In this document: positions 42,387 to 57,348 of the stretch, in pieces | How positions within the stretch are numbered: the stretch's first letter is position 1 | Layout: every line of letters starts with the position of its first letter | Assembly: GCA_964016885.1 (NCBI GenBank) | Contig: OZ024741.1 | Location: 160,580,001 to 160,644,000 of the forward strand | DNA length: 64,000 nt | Source of the DNA: Eledone cirrhosa | Lineage: Eukaryota | Direction: 5' to 3' | Translations under genes and position numbers: made by a program | Notes under the pieces: generated by a model | The model's input: only the letters and a program-made list of their open reading frames with translations | What the model was told of the DNA's origin: nothing | The model's database searches: none

Positions 42387-42390
<4 letters not shown>
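41448..42390. mobile_element. Complex tandem/inverted rearrangement of the Helitron-like repeat
   Basis: 41448-41870 and 41870-42390 carry the same family in opposite orientations, each with an internal re-start. Confidence 0.7.
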
Positions 42391-42435
<45 letters not shown>

Positions 42436-42673
42436 AAACATATACACATATATATATAAGGAACGATCGACCTTCGTCAAATCGGACCGAGGAAACAATG
42501 TTTCCGTTGGTCTTTCCAATTGCTAATACTATCTATCGGTCGCAACTCCAGGTAGAAGGAGCAACGTGAAATAAAGTGTCTTGCTCAAGGACATAACGCA
42601 TCGCGTGGTCCAGGAATCGAACTCACAACCTTACGATTGCGAATCCAATTCTCTAAACACTCAGCTACACGCC

Positions 42674-42766
<93 letters not shown>

Positions 42767-42888
42767 GTATGTATGTGTATGAATGTGTGCGTATATGTGT
42801 AAATATACAGAAATAGATTATATACATATAAGCACATATATATATATATACGTACACATACACACACAAACATGCATGCATACATACA

Positions 42889-43567
42889 TGGTGGCTGCCA
42901 ACTCGTTTTCAAGTACGGCCACTACTTTATATCCATGTAGGAGAACCCTTACCGATGCGCTGAACGAGTGACTTTTTAGTCCAGCCAGCGACTTGAAAAC
43001 TCTGGTCCAAACACTACACTTGTGACAATTATTGACACATAGTGCTGGGCCCATGGTACCATGTGACGACAAGTGCAGTGAGATCTCCAAATATAAAGCA
43101 ATGCCTGTGCCGGGAAGCTTTTATAGTGAGCAATACATACATACATACATACATACATACATACATACATACATACATACATACATACATACATACATAG
43201 TGGCTGCCAACTCGTTTTCGAGTACGGCCACTACTTTATATCCATGTAGGAGAACCCCTACCGATGCGGTGAACAAGTGTGACTTTTTAGTCCAGCCAGC
43301 GACTTGAAAACTCTGGTACAAACACTACACTTGTGACAATTATTGACACAGTGCTGGGCCCATGGTACCATGTGATGACAAGTGCAGAGAGATCTCTAGA
43401 TATAAAGAAATGCCTGTGCCGTGAAGCTTTTATAGTGAGCAAAGGCACAGCACAAAGCCAGTCCCACTCTCTTAACCAAGATGATATTTACCAAAAAGAA
43501 GAACAAGTCAACATCATTGGATACCATCTGGGTTGCAGGTGTTATATCAGAGTTTTCTTTCTCCTAG
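42889..43567 (-). mobile_element. Two tandem 3' ends of an RTE-like LINE with (TATG)n tails
   Basis: Copies 42889-43131 and 43200-43567. C-terminal zinc-finger-like CSVWTRVFKSLAGLKSH. Confidence 0.65.
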
Positions 43568-43706
43568 AATACATACATACATACATACATACATACATAC
43601 ATACATACATACATACATACATACATACATACATACATACATACATACATACATACATACATACATACTCGAAATTAAGAGAAAGAGATAACATACATAC
43701 ATACAT

Positions 43707-44771
43707 CTCACATCCAGGAAAATTATCCAGTAATACCGCAGTGAATCCATGAATGAAAACCTACATGTTTATCAGCAAAAAGTCATGCATGGATATGTTT
43801 CCAGGAGGCTCCAAAATGAGAGTAATATAGATAAGCAAAGTAGTCTATCTTGGACCAACTGCCGCTATATTGGCTCCAACTTTAAAGGATATGCTTTTGC
43901 AATCTAAGAACAGGAAATCAATAGAAAATATCTGATACACAAAAGAGATAAGGATGCAGGCAAAACACATAGATATGACAACAAGTGCAGACTCTGCAGA
44001 ATTAATATCGAAGATGTCATAAGCAGCTGTCCAAAGATGACATCGCGGTACTATCTACCTATGAGGCATGATGTAGTGGCCAAAACACTGTACAGTGCAA
44101 TCCGTAGAAAAGATAGTGCTTACAATAAAAGTTACAATGTGGAAGTCATATATATATATGAAAGAGTACTGGTGCGATGTTTCAGTCAAAATCCCAATAA
44201 AATGCAAGCATAACAGACCAGATATAGTGATATGGGACAGGGAAAAGAAGGTATGCGCAGTAGTGGAAGTCAGCTGTCCAGCAGATGCCAAAATAATATT
44301 AAAGATTAGCAAAGAGAACATCTGTGCAGAACTAATGAGGAATCTGCAGATACTTCATCCTGACTATAGCTTCAGATTTATACCTGTGGTTATTCGGGCT
44401 CTAGGATATGTTAATAACTACCTGAAGCTAGGCTTCACAGAACCAGAAAGAACACAACTAGTTAGGAAATTACAAGTAAAATTCATTAATGGAACTGTAA
44501 AAATATTTAAAACATTCCAAAAATTCTGCATGTAATAACTGCATATACACATGTACAGATGCAAAGCATATACACATGCACAGATACAACTCAAAACATA
44601 CACATCCACACATCCACACATACAATAACATCCATATCTACACATGCATGCATACACACATACCTACCTAGTTGATGTTGTGTAAATTCCAATGAGAGAG
44701 TCTTGTGTCTATGTTAGAAACCGACTCTCTCTCTATTGGGAAAACTTTGTGAAATTATAAAACCAGAAGAA
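43707..44771 (+). mobile_element. 5'-truncated second copy of the R4/Dong-like element
   Basis: Aligns to 34577-35692 (RPDIVIWDREKK..VVEVSCP) with a near-identical 3'UTR. Flanked by CATA repeats. Confidence 0.92.
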
Positions 44772-44852
44772 CATACATACATATATACATACACACATAC
44801 ATACACACATACATACACACATACATACAAACATACATACACACATACATAC

Positions 44853-44885
<33 letters not shown>

Positions 44886-45254
44886 TGTGTATACATACAT
44901 ACGTACACATATATAGATACAACACATATGCGCGCGTACACATATAACTGAAAGCATACAGACCCACATATACATTAACATCCATACCCGCACCCCCACA
45001 CACACAAACAATGAGGACCAATAGTGAGACAACTGCTGATTACTTATTTATTTTAACTATGGAATAGAACGTAACCATATTACGGAGCGTGGCGTTTGCT
45101 TTGCGTTGTTTTGAAAGCCGAGTGTATCCAACTGCGTCGGGAAGTTGAGGTACGTTAGAAATTTAACTGTGGCTGTATGTTGTGTAACTGCATTAGCAAG
45201 TTTATCTACAATAGGTATTGTTGCATTTCCATGTGGTTTGACAGACAGACAGAC

Positions 45255-45342
<88 letters not shown>

Positions 45343-46206
45343 GAACAGAGAGAGGAAGGCCCGACTGAGTGGGTGGAGACAAACAGATAGAGAGATATCT
45401 AATGTCTTTTCTTTTTTAATATGGTAAGAATATGATTTCAAGGCGATTTGATCGCTATTTCTAACAGGTTGAACAATCAAGTAGTGGCTCCCTGTTTTGG
45501 CAATATTTTAGTGTAAGCTGTCTATCAGAACAAATGCTGTTTAACGAAACTAAGAAATAACAGTTTTAGCGCAGCAGAGATATAAGACAATTTATATATA
45601 TATATATATATATATATACATACGTAGATACGCACACGTGCACACACACGCATACATACATTCATATATATATATATATATACACACACACATATATTAT
45701 TTATCAATAAACAGTGATAAAAAACATTGGCAGTTTGCCGTTAGATAATGTTTGTGTACAATTATTGAATTGGGGTTTTTTACAAATAGAGAGAAACGTC
45801 CAAGTGTCTGAGATGTGTTGTTTGTTAACAAGATTATTATAATTTCCCTGGCTGTTCACCTCATTTTGCTGTGTAACACCATCATTGATTCACATCCGCT
45901 CTTCCATGTTAGTATGAGTTGGGTGAGACTTTATGAGGCAATGTTTTACAGCCGGATGCCTTTCCCGACACCATCCCTTTTTGTCGCCTCTTACGATACA
46001 CCAAGTTGTGGTATGACTATACTAAAAACCGCGTTACAGTCTGTGTTGTTCAAAAATTCATGCAGGTTTTAGCATTTTTAAAGAATAAAGGCCGAGTTAG
46101 AGTGTGTAAAATTATGCATCATTTGAAAGATTATTTTATACTGTTTCTGTCTATCTTGTCTGTCCTTGATAGACAGAAACAGTTTCTGTCTACCTTGTCT
46201 ATCCTT

Positions 46207-46395
46207 GGGGCGGTGGTTTGGCAGTATCGGTAGAGCGTCAGACACCATGCTTTGCAGCATAGAGTTATGGCCCTTTGTGTTCTGAGTTCAAATCCGCCGA
46301 GGTTAACTTTGCCTTTCATCCTTACGGGATCGATAAAATAAAGTACCAGTGATGCACTGGGGTAATCGCTGGCCTTGTGTCAAAAGTCGAAACTC
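46207..46395 (+). mobile_element. Meta-domain SINE
   Basis: Full head and core. Confidence 0.85.
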
Positions 46396-47123
46396 TATCT
46401 TGTCTATTCGTAATATTAATTGCATTTTTTTGTCAATTGTCAGGTCTTTGAAGTTAAGATGTCAAAACAGGATTTTCGCAGTTTCAATTCGGTCGCAGTG
46501 CAGCACAAACGGCTAGAAACACCAATGAAGTTTGCAGCCTAAAAAGTGTTAATGAATAAAAGTACAACCATATTTTATATCTACACCGGGGACGCAGCAT
46601 GATCGAATGGTTAATAAGATCACTTTGCAATCATGAGTTTGCAAATTTGACCCACAGCATGATATTTCAACAATATTTGGGGTCAACCCGTGCCTTATGA
46701 GTAGAATTAGGAAGATTGTAATTGTTTGGAAGGCTGTCAGATGGATTGTACCTGTTATTCAAATGGGCTAGCCTTGTCACACATTGAGTCTCGCAGAATC
46801 TCGCTGGGAATTATGTTAAGCGTACACGAGTCAATGGAATACTCAGCGACTTGTACATTAATCTTGGTTATTCCGTTGATCGAACAACTGGAACAGTTAT
46901 CGTCGAAACCAATAAACGGACATTTTCTTATATCTACACTACATTAATTTAACAACCTGAAGACGACAGGAGATAGAACTGATCGAAAGGTAATGTCAAT
47001 ATAAATAGTGTTAATATGTACTTTACAGATATTCTGGAAAACCATGAATCTTAATGTAGAAAAGTAATGTAAATGGTATTTTTGAAAAACAAAAGTTCTT
47101 TCCTTAAATATAATTAACTTCAA

Positions 47124-47171
<48 letters not shown>

Positions 47172-47210
47172 TGTGTGTGTGTGTTTGTGTGGGTGTGTGG
47201 GTGTTTGTAT

Positions 47211-47291
<81 letters not shown>

Positions 47292-47305
47292 TGTGTGCGC
47301 GCGTG

Positions 47306-47348
<43 letters not shown>

Positions 47349-48150
47349 ATATCAGTAACCTATACCATCGCTACCCCCAATAATATGAACCCAGACAGTG
47401 TAGGAGAACGCCGTCTGATGTGCAGAATATCAAGAGCAAGCTGTCTTGTGGTCCCAGTTGACACAAAGGAGAAAGTGATGCCCCGGAGAATAGCAAGGGA
47501 GACGCGTTAAAATAGCAATTCCAACTCGCATAGCCAACTCTGCCCTGATTCGCAGAGAGTAAGTAGGTTGTACGAAGAGCAAAATTGCCAGAAATCTCCA
47601 CCGTTACAGATTCAACAACCAACTTATCGTAATGTGAATTGTATGTTTAACGCACAAATTAAAAGGAAAAACAAGTTATTGTTAATTAATATATAAATGA
47701 TTTTATAAGATATACCAATATAATATAGCTGTTGACGTAGGCCTGTGGTTACAAGTACATTTTGCAGCAACATGTTAGCTGGATCGATCTCACAAACTAA
47801 CACCTTTCTACGTATATGTGTGTATGTGTATTTATCTTTTCCTATTTTTTCTCATATATATATAGAGAGAGAGAAAGAGAGAGAAGTGAGGACTGAGGAG
47901 TTATGTGGTGGGGAACAGTTGTATATGTAAATAAATTAGTGATATTAGTGTTGGTTATTATCTTTTTCAACATATTGTTTCATATTTTATAGCCTAGGTT
48001 TATCGCTGAGGCCGTTTTTTAATGTATTTTAGTCTTTAGTCTCGAGTCACTGTATAAAAGTGTCGTTGACTGTAGCTCGGGTTTAAATTAATGACTATGT
48101 TGATGTAACAATTTTTGTGGGCAGTGTATGTGGGTGGGGTAGGGGTGTGG

Positions 48151-48232
<82 letters not shown>

Positions 48233-48779
48233 CTGTCTGTTTGTGTGTGTGTAATGTATGTATCGTATGGGAGTTAAACAATGGAGCGCCTATGACTTGG
48301 GTTAATATTTCAATAAACTAAATGGATGTTTTAGATATGTTTTGTAAGCCTTCGGATGGGGCGCTATATCGGTTGGTGTTGTCATTATACCTATCCTTAT
48401 GTAGGCCTTATTTTGACAATGTAGATGCAAAGGCATTGTGTAATGGGGTTGGACTTGGTATTATTGCGCGTGTGTGAGTGTGTATTCCTTCTATCTCAAT
48501 TGTTAAGGTAATTGGTTGGCAACTATAAAGTTCTACTGTTTTGGGTGTGTCTTTACACTTATTATAGTATATGTCTTATTCTACAGACAAGATACTTTTC
48601 ATTTAGTTGCGTATCTATATAGTTCCTATCTTTATTATGTGGTGTAATTGTAGGTATTTAGTTGTGTAGTATCTGTGTCTATGACCAAATGTGTACGGTC
48701 CTGTGCCATTCTGTGCTGTATTTAATGTCTTTTTGATATCTCAGTCATTGATGTTATTTAATCGGAAAATTTGCCCTAA

Positions 48780-50850
48780 TGAACATCCAAGCCACTACCT
48801 GCAGCCTCGGATATTCAGAACGTATCAGAAGGTTCTTTGTGATCCCAGCAAGCATACCTTTTGAAGTGTTCCATAAGGGGGCTGGGCTAATATTCTTTAA
48901 CCAGCCTTGGAAATTCTTCGAGATAGTACCTAGTCCTCCTATGATGATGAGGACGACCTTGATCTCATGATAGTTCCAAATTCTTTTCAGTTTCCACTTT
49001 AGATCTTGGTACCGGTTAATTTTCTCTTACACTCTTGTGTCAAAGGGGCAAGCTACATGTATTATTAAGCAAGATCTTTTTTCCATTTAAGAATTCCTGC
49101 ACTGTATCTAATAATATACACAACTCGGGAATTTATTGCACTTATGGCATTTCTACTATTCAGATGTGATTTTATTATGCTATGTTCCTTACTCTCCTTA
49201 TGTATTCAGTTCTTATCATCTCCTAAATGTTATTGTTCTTGGTGCTATCTGCTTCCAGAACAACCAAATACCTATGTCCCTCTTCGGTGTCGATTTCCTT
49301 TATCATCTCACCCGTTGGTACCTTGATTCCTTTGCTTCTCTTCAATTTGCCTCTCCGCATCACTTTATTGACACCAAATTCCATACATATATCATTGCAG
49401 AAAATACAAACAGTGTTAACATCCAACTCCTTCTCGCTCTTCCAGAAGAATCCATGAAGAGGAGGTGGTTGATGGAAAGCTTTCCTCTTCCCAGTTCGTA
49501 TCCTTTCCTCACTCTTCGCAATATGAGGGACAAGGGTCTAAGGGTAAAGACAAACAATAAACAGGAGAGACTATCTCCTTGGAAGATACATCTCTTGATT
49601 TTCTCTCCTCTTGAGGATTCTCCCCTAAATGTTAACTCTGTTCCCCAAATCTCCATGCTATTACTTAATAGCAGTCTGATGTTGTCTGCCATCTTGAAGA
49701 TTTCCAGTCACTTGGTTATCCAAGAATGAGGAACCATGTCGAATACCTTCTTGTAATCTATCCATCCCATAACAAGACCAGTATGCCTTCTCTTGCAATT
49801 CCTTATTATCATCTTGTCAATAAGTAACTGGTCTTTTGTACCACGGGACTTTTTCAATATCCTTTCTGTTCCCCCGGCAATAAGTTGTTTATGCCGAGGT
49901 GGTGGTAGATTTCCTCAGACATAATGTTTGTTAGCAATTTCCTCATCGAGGACAGACACGTGATAAATCAAGAATTGGTAATGTCATTTCCCTTGGCTTG
50001 GTTTTTCATTATTAGAACCGCTGTACCTTTTGTCAACCACTGCAGTACTTCGCCGAACATCAAGCAGTCATTGAACATGGCCTGGTAATTTCCAGTTGGT
50101 TAATTTATTGATCTGCTTTTTAAGGATTTCAACCGAGATATTCAAATCAGGTTGTTGGCGTGCTTGTTCATTTACTCCTTTTCAACAATCCACATTGCCC
50201 TACTGTTATGCTCAACATCCTTCTCCCATACCCCTCTCTAAAGTGTGTTAGTCTGTTCAGCCTCAGAAATAGCATCGTTGCCTCTTTCTTTCCATTCAAT
50301 CTGTTCAAATAACATCTGGTTGTTGTCGAACATGTGGTTTGTCTATACTGGGTAACTCTGCTCTCATATCTTTTGATTTTTTTCACTTTTGGCTATGCCA
50401 CATTGTTTTAGTTGATCTATTATAACATTTAACCCTTTTCCCTTTGTGTTGTATTTCTTTGTCAGACTATCCTTAGTATCTATATTTTTTAATGGCATGT
50501 TTAATAAAGACTCAAGTTTCCTGATGTCCTTTCTTATTTCCTTGACTTGACAATTCAACCACTTCTTCCACCAAGATTCTGTCCTTTCTCGTCTGTTTTC
50601 CCTCGTTTTGATACCAAGCAATTTTTTCACCACATTTGCGGCTGATTTGAAGATGTTATTGCATTGATGAAGATTCTTCACCTCAAGGTATGAGACGACC
50701 ATGTTTATCTTAGCTGTCGTTTCTTTTAACTTTGTTCTGTCTGCAATCTTAGATTCATAGGTTTTCCATTATCATTATTCATTTCACCCACCATTAAATT
50801 CAGAATATCAACAAAATCTTGCCCTAGCCCGTCAGCGTTCATTTCCTAAA
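48780..50850 (-). pseudogene. Old degenerate R4/Dong-like RLE LINE
   Basis: [58 protein letters not shown]. Confidence 0.85.
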
Positions 50851-50859
50851 TTAGCAGAA

Positions 50860-51055
50860 ACCAACAATTTTGGTGGGAGGGGAAAGTTGATTAAATTGAC
50901 CCCAGTACAATACTAGTGCTTTATTTTACCGACCCCGTAATGATGAAAGGCAAAGTTAACCTCGGCGGGATTTGAACTCAGAGTGTAAAGGGCCATAACT
51001 ATATGTCACAAAGCATTATGTCCGACGCTCTAACGATACTGCCAATCCATCACCC
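50860..51055 (-). mobile_element. Meta-domain SINE
   Basis: Head and core on the minus strand. Confidence 0.8.
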
Positions 51056-51056
51056 T

Positions 51057-53520
51057 TAACAACAACAACAATAATAACCACAGTAACAACGACAATACAA
51101 CAACCACAACAATAGTAACAGCAACCAGAGCAACAGCAGCGACAACAACAACAATAGCAGCAACAACAATGCCAACACCAACAACAACAACAACAGCAAC
51201 AATAGCCACTGCGACAACAACAACAACAACAGTTACATCAACAACAGCAACAACAACACTATCAACAACAATAACAATAGCAACAACAACAACACCCTCA
51301 GCAACAATAGCAACAACAACAACTACAACAACAACTACAACAACAACAGCAACAACAATAGACAATAACAGGAAAAAAGACATCCGTGCTATTGTTTATA
51401 AAACGACATATTAAAACAAATAAATTTTTTTCTTTTTTTGAAATAAAAAAAACAACAAAGACGGAAAATATAAAATAAAATAAAAAAAATAAAGTTAGGA
51501 ATGACAAAGTATTTGTGAGTTCGAGTTTGGGAAGGGGGAAGGTTCTGCTGTGTTGTTTCCTTGAATCTTATTTTATTTTGACTGATTTTGTTTTCAAAGA
51601 TGGTGGAAAGGGAACGAGAAATGCTACGTTGTTTTGTTTTGATTTATTTAAAAACTGTTTTCCAGTTATGTTTTGCCCTTCTTGATATCGTTTTTTTTTC
51701 TTTTAATTTTGAATTTTTTTCATATATATAATTTATGTTAGTTTTTTTTTTAATATAGAATTAAACGCAAAATCGAAATGGTCCGTTTGAGTAAAGAGGA
51801 ATTACTGGAACAAGATTTATATGTGTGAAAACAACTGGAAATTCAGCAACAACAACAATAATAACAACAATGATAACAACAATCTCAGCAAAAACAACAA
51901 CCACAACAACAACAACCACAACAACAATCATAAAAATGCCAACAATACAATATTATTAATAATAATCACTTCTTAATTTGTCACAAAGACAACGAAATAT
52001 TTACATTTCTTTTTCGTTTTTATAACGATAACAATAATAATAGTGATGATGATGATGATGGAGGTGGTAGTGGTGGTGGTGGTGGTGATGATGATGATGA
52101 TGATTACGATGGTGGTGGTGGTGGCGATGATGGTGGTAGTGATGATGGTGCTGATGATGGTGGTGGTGGTGATGGTGATAATGATGATGATTACGATGAT
52201 GCTGTGTATGTGTGTGCGATGATGATGATGACGATGATGATGATGATGTTGACGATGATGATGATGATGATGATGTCTGTGTGTGTGTGTGTGCGATGAT
52301 GATGATGATGATGATGTTGTCTGTGTGTGTGCGCGATGATGATGATGATGGTGATGGTGTGGACGTGTATGTGTGTGTGTGTGTGCGATGATGATGGTGT
52401 GTATGTGTGTGTGTGTGACGATGATGATGATGACCATCATCATCATCATCATCATCGTCGTCGTCATGATTTTTTTCTCTTTTTGCTTATTCAGTAGAAC
52501 ATAAAACGGATTTTTTTAAAAGAAAAATGATATAATTAAAGTAAAAACACACACATACATCCATACACACATATACACACACAGACACATAGATACACAT
52601 ACATACACATAGATACGCATACACAAACACGCATAAATATGCACACACACACATACAGAGGCACATGCACATGCATACACACACACACATACACACACAT
52701 ATACGCAAATAACCTCACATGCATACACACATACACACATACACACATACACACACACACATACACTCACACATACACACATAAATACGCAAACACAAAT
52801 AGGCATAAATACGCACACACACACATACAGAGGCACATACACATGCATACACACACACACATACACACACATATACACACGCATATACACACATAACCAC
52901 ACATGCATACACACATACACACACACACACATACACTCACAGATACGCACACATAAACACACATAACCACACATGCACACACATATGTACACACATAGAG
53001 TCACATGCAGACACTGAAACACATGCACACATATACAGACGCCTATACACACATATGCACACATACATACACATACCGACACATACACACTCATAGAGAC
53101 TTACACACACACACACATATACATGCACACACATACAGAGACGTAGGCTTACACACACACACACACACATGAGGTAACAAAAAACACTACACTTCAATAG
53201 AGTTGTGAAAAATGGATGTTCATTGCACTGGATAGACCAGTTGTTGTTGATGGTGGTGGTGGTGGTGATGGTGGTGGTGGTGGTGGTGGTGGTGGTGGTG
53301 GTGGTGGTGGTGGATGTGGTGGTGGTGGTGGTGTCCATGGCTGGCAGTAGTGGCGGCGGTGGTAGTGTTGGTGGTGGAAGTGGCTAGGAAGGGGTGATGG
53401 TGGTAGTTGTAGGGGCGGTGATGGTGTAGGTTCTAGCCGGGGTGATGAAGATGGTGGTGGTGGTGGTGGTTGTGGTGGTGGTGGTGGATTTTGGTGATGG
53501 AGATGGTGGTGGTGGTGGTG
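51057..53520. repeat. Simple-repeat tract: (CAA)n, (GAT/GGT)n, (CA)-rich, (GGT)n
   Basis: Read directly; unique spacers are interspersed. Confidence 0.8.
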
Positions 53521-53579
53521 TTTGAGTGATGTAGTTGTCTTTGTTAATTATTACCTTTTATTATATTTTTCTGTTCGTA

Positions 53580-53770
53580 TGGCCAGTGGATTGGCAGTAT
53601 CGGTAGAGGGTCGGACGCCATGCTTTGACGCATAGAGTTACGGCCCTTGCCATTCTGAGTTCAAATCCCGCCGAGGTTAACTTTGCCTTTCATCCTTATG
53701 GGGTCGATAAAATAAAGTACCAGTAATACACTGGGTAATTGCTGGCCTTGTGCCAAAAGTAGAAACAATT
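53580..53770 (+). mobile_element. Meta-domain SINE
   Basis: Full head and core. Confidence 0.85.
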
Positions 53771-53885
53771 ATATTTTTCTGTTCGTAAATCCCATTTATT
53801 AACATTGTGATTATCACACACACTTATGCAGGCAGATGCATATACGTATACACACACACACACACACACACAGATATATATATAT

Positions 53886-55140
53886 TAGGGTGGCCCTTAC
53901 TTTTCAACTTTCTAGCTCCCACTCTCCTATCTTGTCCCAATTGACAAAATCCCAATCTATGCAAAACTTTAGCTCAAGCGGACAACTGTAAGGCGACCCT
54001 CATCGACCGTGAACATTTGAAGTTTTCACCCAGAAAGTCATTTTTTTCTGATAACAAATTTTTATCTCTTATATAATTTTCTCTTAAATGAAAAACTTGA
54101 TATTAGAAGGATAAGTGACAATAAATATAATGGGGAAAGCCACTTGCAAAGCTGGGGACAGAGCGCAGGTAGAGGACAAATACATATCAAGGAGAGCAAT
54201 GAGAAAAGGAGAGCAAGGCGAGGCTAAGGCAAATATTGCTCAAGTTATACTGGAAGCAGACAAAGGGGAAAAAATCAACTGAAGAGGTACATTCTGCACC
54301 AAAATGACTTTTCTTCCTTTACAAACATCGAGTTTTCGTCTTTTGTAACTTCTGATACAAAAACTTTCTTCGCAAGATTTTCTATCAGCACCGATTTTCT
54401 TGACAAAGACCCTTCAACATGGAAGGATGATCCTGGTTACAAAAGTGGACTTGAAAAACTTGAGAAGAGAGTTGTTGTGAATGATGTTGCAGAAACAGAT
54501 GTCAAACTCATTCAGGATTACAATAACATTCTCTCAAAAGATGAAACTGAGAAACAATTTGTTTTACAGATCGTTACCGAAAACCGTAAAACATACCCAA
54601 CTGCCACTAAATCCTCTCTTAGGCAAAAATAATTGTTTCTACTTTAGGCACAAGGCTAGCAATTACCCAGTACATTACTGGTACTTTATTTTATCGACCC
54701 CGTAAGGATGAAAGGCAAAGCTTAGGCAAAAATAATATTCAATATTTAGTGTTCAGTGTTCACATTATGTTTTTGATTCTATAGAAATTATTGTAAATAA
54801 AAATGCGTTCTCTTTTAGAAGTTGTGCGCTTTATTAAGAAAACCTAATATTTCATAAGTTTTTCATGTTATTTCAGGAAATTTTCAAATTAACTATTAGT
54901 AAATTTGATTCAGAACGTTTTTAAATATTTGCTGGGGCTGCCTGGATGTGTCGACATAAATTTCTCTAAGAAGAAAAAAGAAAATGGTAGAGATAGGGAA
55001 CAGAATACGGCTTTTGAACAGAATTAATCGTTTGCTTATACTATGTTCCAACTTCAAGGCGTTTGAGGGTCGCCTAACAGTTGTCTGATTGAGCTAAAAT
55101 TTTGCACATCCCATGTTTTTGTTAATTGAAATACGATTAG
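53886..55140 (+). mobile_element. Deleted hAT-like (probably hATm-type) DNA transposon
   Basis: Starts TAGGGTG. Subterminal inverted repeats ~53960-54002 and ~55064-55107. Transposase C-terminus FLDKDPSTWKDDPGY...VVNDVAETDVKLIQDYNNILSKDETEKQFVLQIV. Confidence 0.65.
54634..54720 (-). mobile_element. 5'-truncated SINE with 16-bp target site duplication
   Basis: cttaggcaaaaataat at 54618-54633 and 54721-54736. Confidence 0.85.
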
Positions 55141-56519
55141 ATGGTGAGAGCAGCATATGCTTCCAGTTCCTTAGAGGACTAAGAACACACCCAGGAGCTG
55201 GGCATATCAACGAATTAACACGGTAAAACCCATTACAACATCATGTTTTCCTGTTTTTTCTGTTTAAATTCTTACTGCCTAATGAGGTCATGCCGTAGTC
55301 TTTGTGGCTGAGATCAAATGCTTGCTTTTTCAGACAGATTTAGAGTCATTGTTGATTCTGGTTCATTCGATACTATAGATTATATATGATGACCTTAATG
55401 TCACATCATAAGTTCCTTTTTTTATTTTTTTACTGTTTTAAGACCCAGATTCAGGCATGTGACCACTACCCAGAATTTTTTTCTATTCCTGCTTTAAGTG
55501 TATAGGAGTAACAGTCGACATTTTAGTGACTAAAAAGGTAAAACTTTCATCCATTTTTTCATTCTAATTCTTTAAAATTGGATTTTATATATATCAAATT
55601 ATTTTTTTTAAAGTTACGTAAAAAAAATCGGACCTATTTTTGTTATTGCCCACGTTGAACAAAGATTTAAAACAATGAGAGAGTTCAGATTTGAGGAATT
55701 ATTGAAGCCAAAGCTTTTTCACGCTTACGAAAGAAGATTTCCGATGGAAGCGTTTTCGAAATCAGTTTATGCTGCAGATTTTGCAAAGTACCCTGCATCG
55801 AGGAAGTCGGAGACATAATACGGGAACATAATACGGGAGATATAATACGGGAGACATAATACGGGAACAAAATCAAGCTCTAACAGAAGTAACAAAATTA
55901 TTATGCCTGATTCTGACCATATCGGCCACATCTGCTTCATGTAAGAGATCGTTTTCTTCCTTAAAGCGAGTAAATAATTATATGAAGTGTTCTCAAAGTG
56001 AACAATTTGGTGTTCATTTCCATGAATAAAGACCTTTTGAAGAAGACGAAGGTAGATCTCGGTGATAATACATTTTATAGCAAAGTGATTGTTGAATTTG
56101 CCAAAAAGAAACGAAGAATTGAATTGATTTACCAATGAATTTTAAATATCTCATTATTTGAATGTTTTATTATTCATTCTTATTTCTCACGTAATCAGGT
56201 TGTTACTAATGGAGAGACATCAAGTCTAGTGGAGAGAGGCATCAATCTTCAAGTGTGGCCTGTTGATAGAAGTGCATTTTCTCACATTAAAATTATCTCA
56301 TATTACATTTACAAATGGAGAAGAGGACGACGAATAATTTTGTGGAGGGGGAAATTGCATGCCCTGTTTCCAAGTTACCCTTCGCCACTGATGTATATAT
56401 ATATCAATTTATATACACATAAAAACTTGAATGTATATATACATTTAAGTATGCATACATGGTTGAATGTATGTATACTTGTATATACACATTTAGGTAT
56501 GCATACATACTTGAATATA

Positions 56520-57348
56520 CAGTATATACTCGAATATAACAAAGGAATATGACTAAAACATAGATGGTAAGATCGGGTCGGCTTATATTCGGAGTCAATA
56601 TTTTGACGATTTTTACCAACTTCAAATTCTACATAAATATGGTGCTGAAATATCTACAGTAATTATGTTACAATGAAACACTATTCTATACATTTAATGC
56701 ATCGTCATTAGTATTATTTATGCATTCCGTTGAAAAATATTTCCAACAAATTCTTGGTAATTGAACATTTTAATACACAAATATCCCATATAGATACACG
56801 TGTGCACACGGACACACACATACACGAACTCACACATACACACATGCACATGTACACACACATACACACATGTACAGGCACACACATACATACACGCCAA
56901 CTGCCTTTCTCCGACTTGATAATATTTTTCTTTCAATTTTACTTCTGATTTGTAATTTATTGCCCTCTTTTTCTCGTTCTTCCCCCCTTTTCTACTCTGT
57001 GAATCTATATACAGGGTTCTGTTATTCGATCCCTTGCTTTCAACTACTCCCAGTATATGAATAGTCAGAAGTAAACAAAAATTCGAGAAACTTATTGAAA
57101 CTATAAAGCGAATGAAATGGTATAAAAGCATTACGTAATGGAGTTGTAAACCAAAAACTATATTCTAAACGACACATAAAACATTTTAAACATCAAAATA
57201 TTAAAACTTCATAAATATATTCAATACTCACGAGAATTTCAAAACAACGCCATCTAAATATAATCAGGGTTTGGATTTTTGCCCATTTCTAAAACATAAA
57301 ATAGGGATCCACATATATTCGGAACAACTTATATTCGAGAATATACGG
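56520..57348. mobile_element. Tc1/mariner-pogo-like non-autonomous element
   Basis: TA-cagtatatactcgaatataa...ttatattcgagaatatacgg-TA terminal inverted repeats. Confidence 0.7.

Noticed and set aside
46958-46998. CTGAAGA...GAAA hammerhead candidate
   Set aside because: Stems I and III do not pair.
55685-56135. 122-aa ORF and short agacataatacggga repeats
   Set aside because: No recognisable domain; cannot assign.
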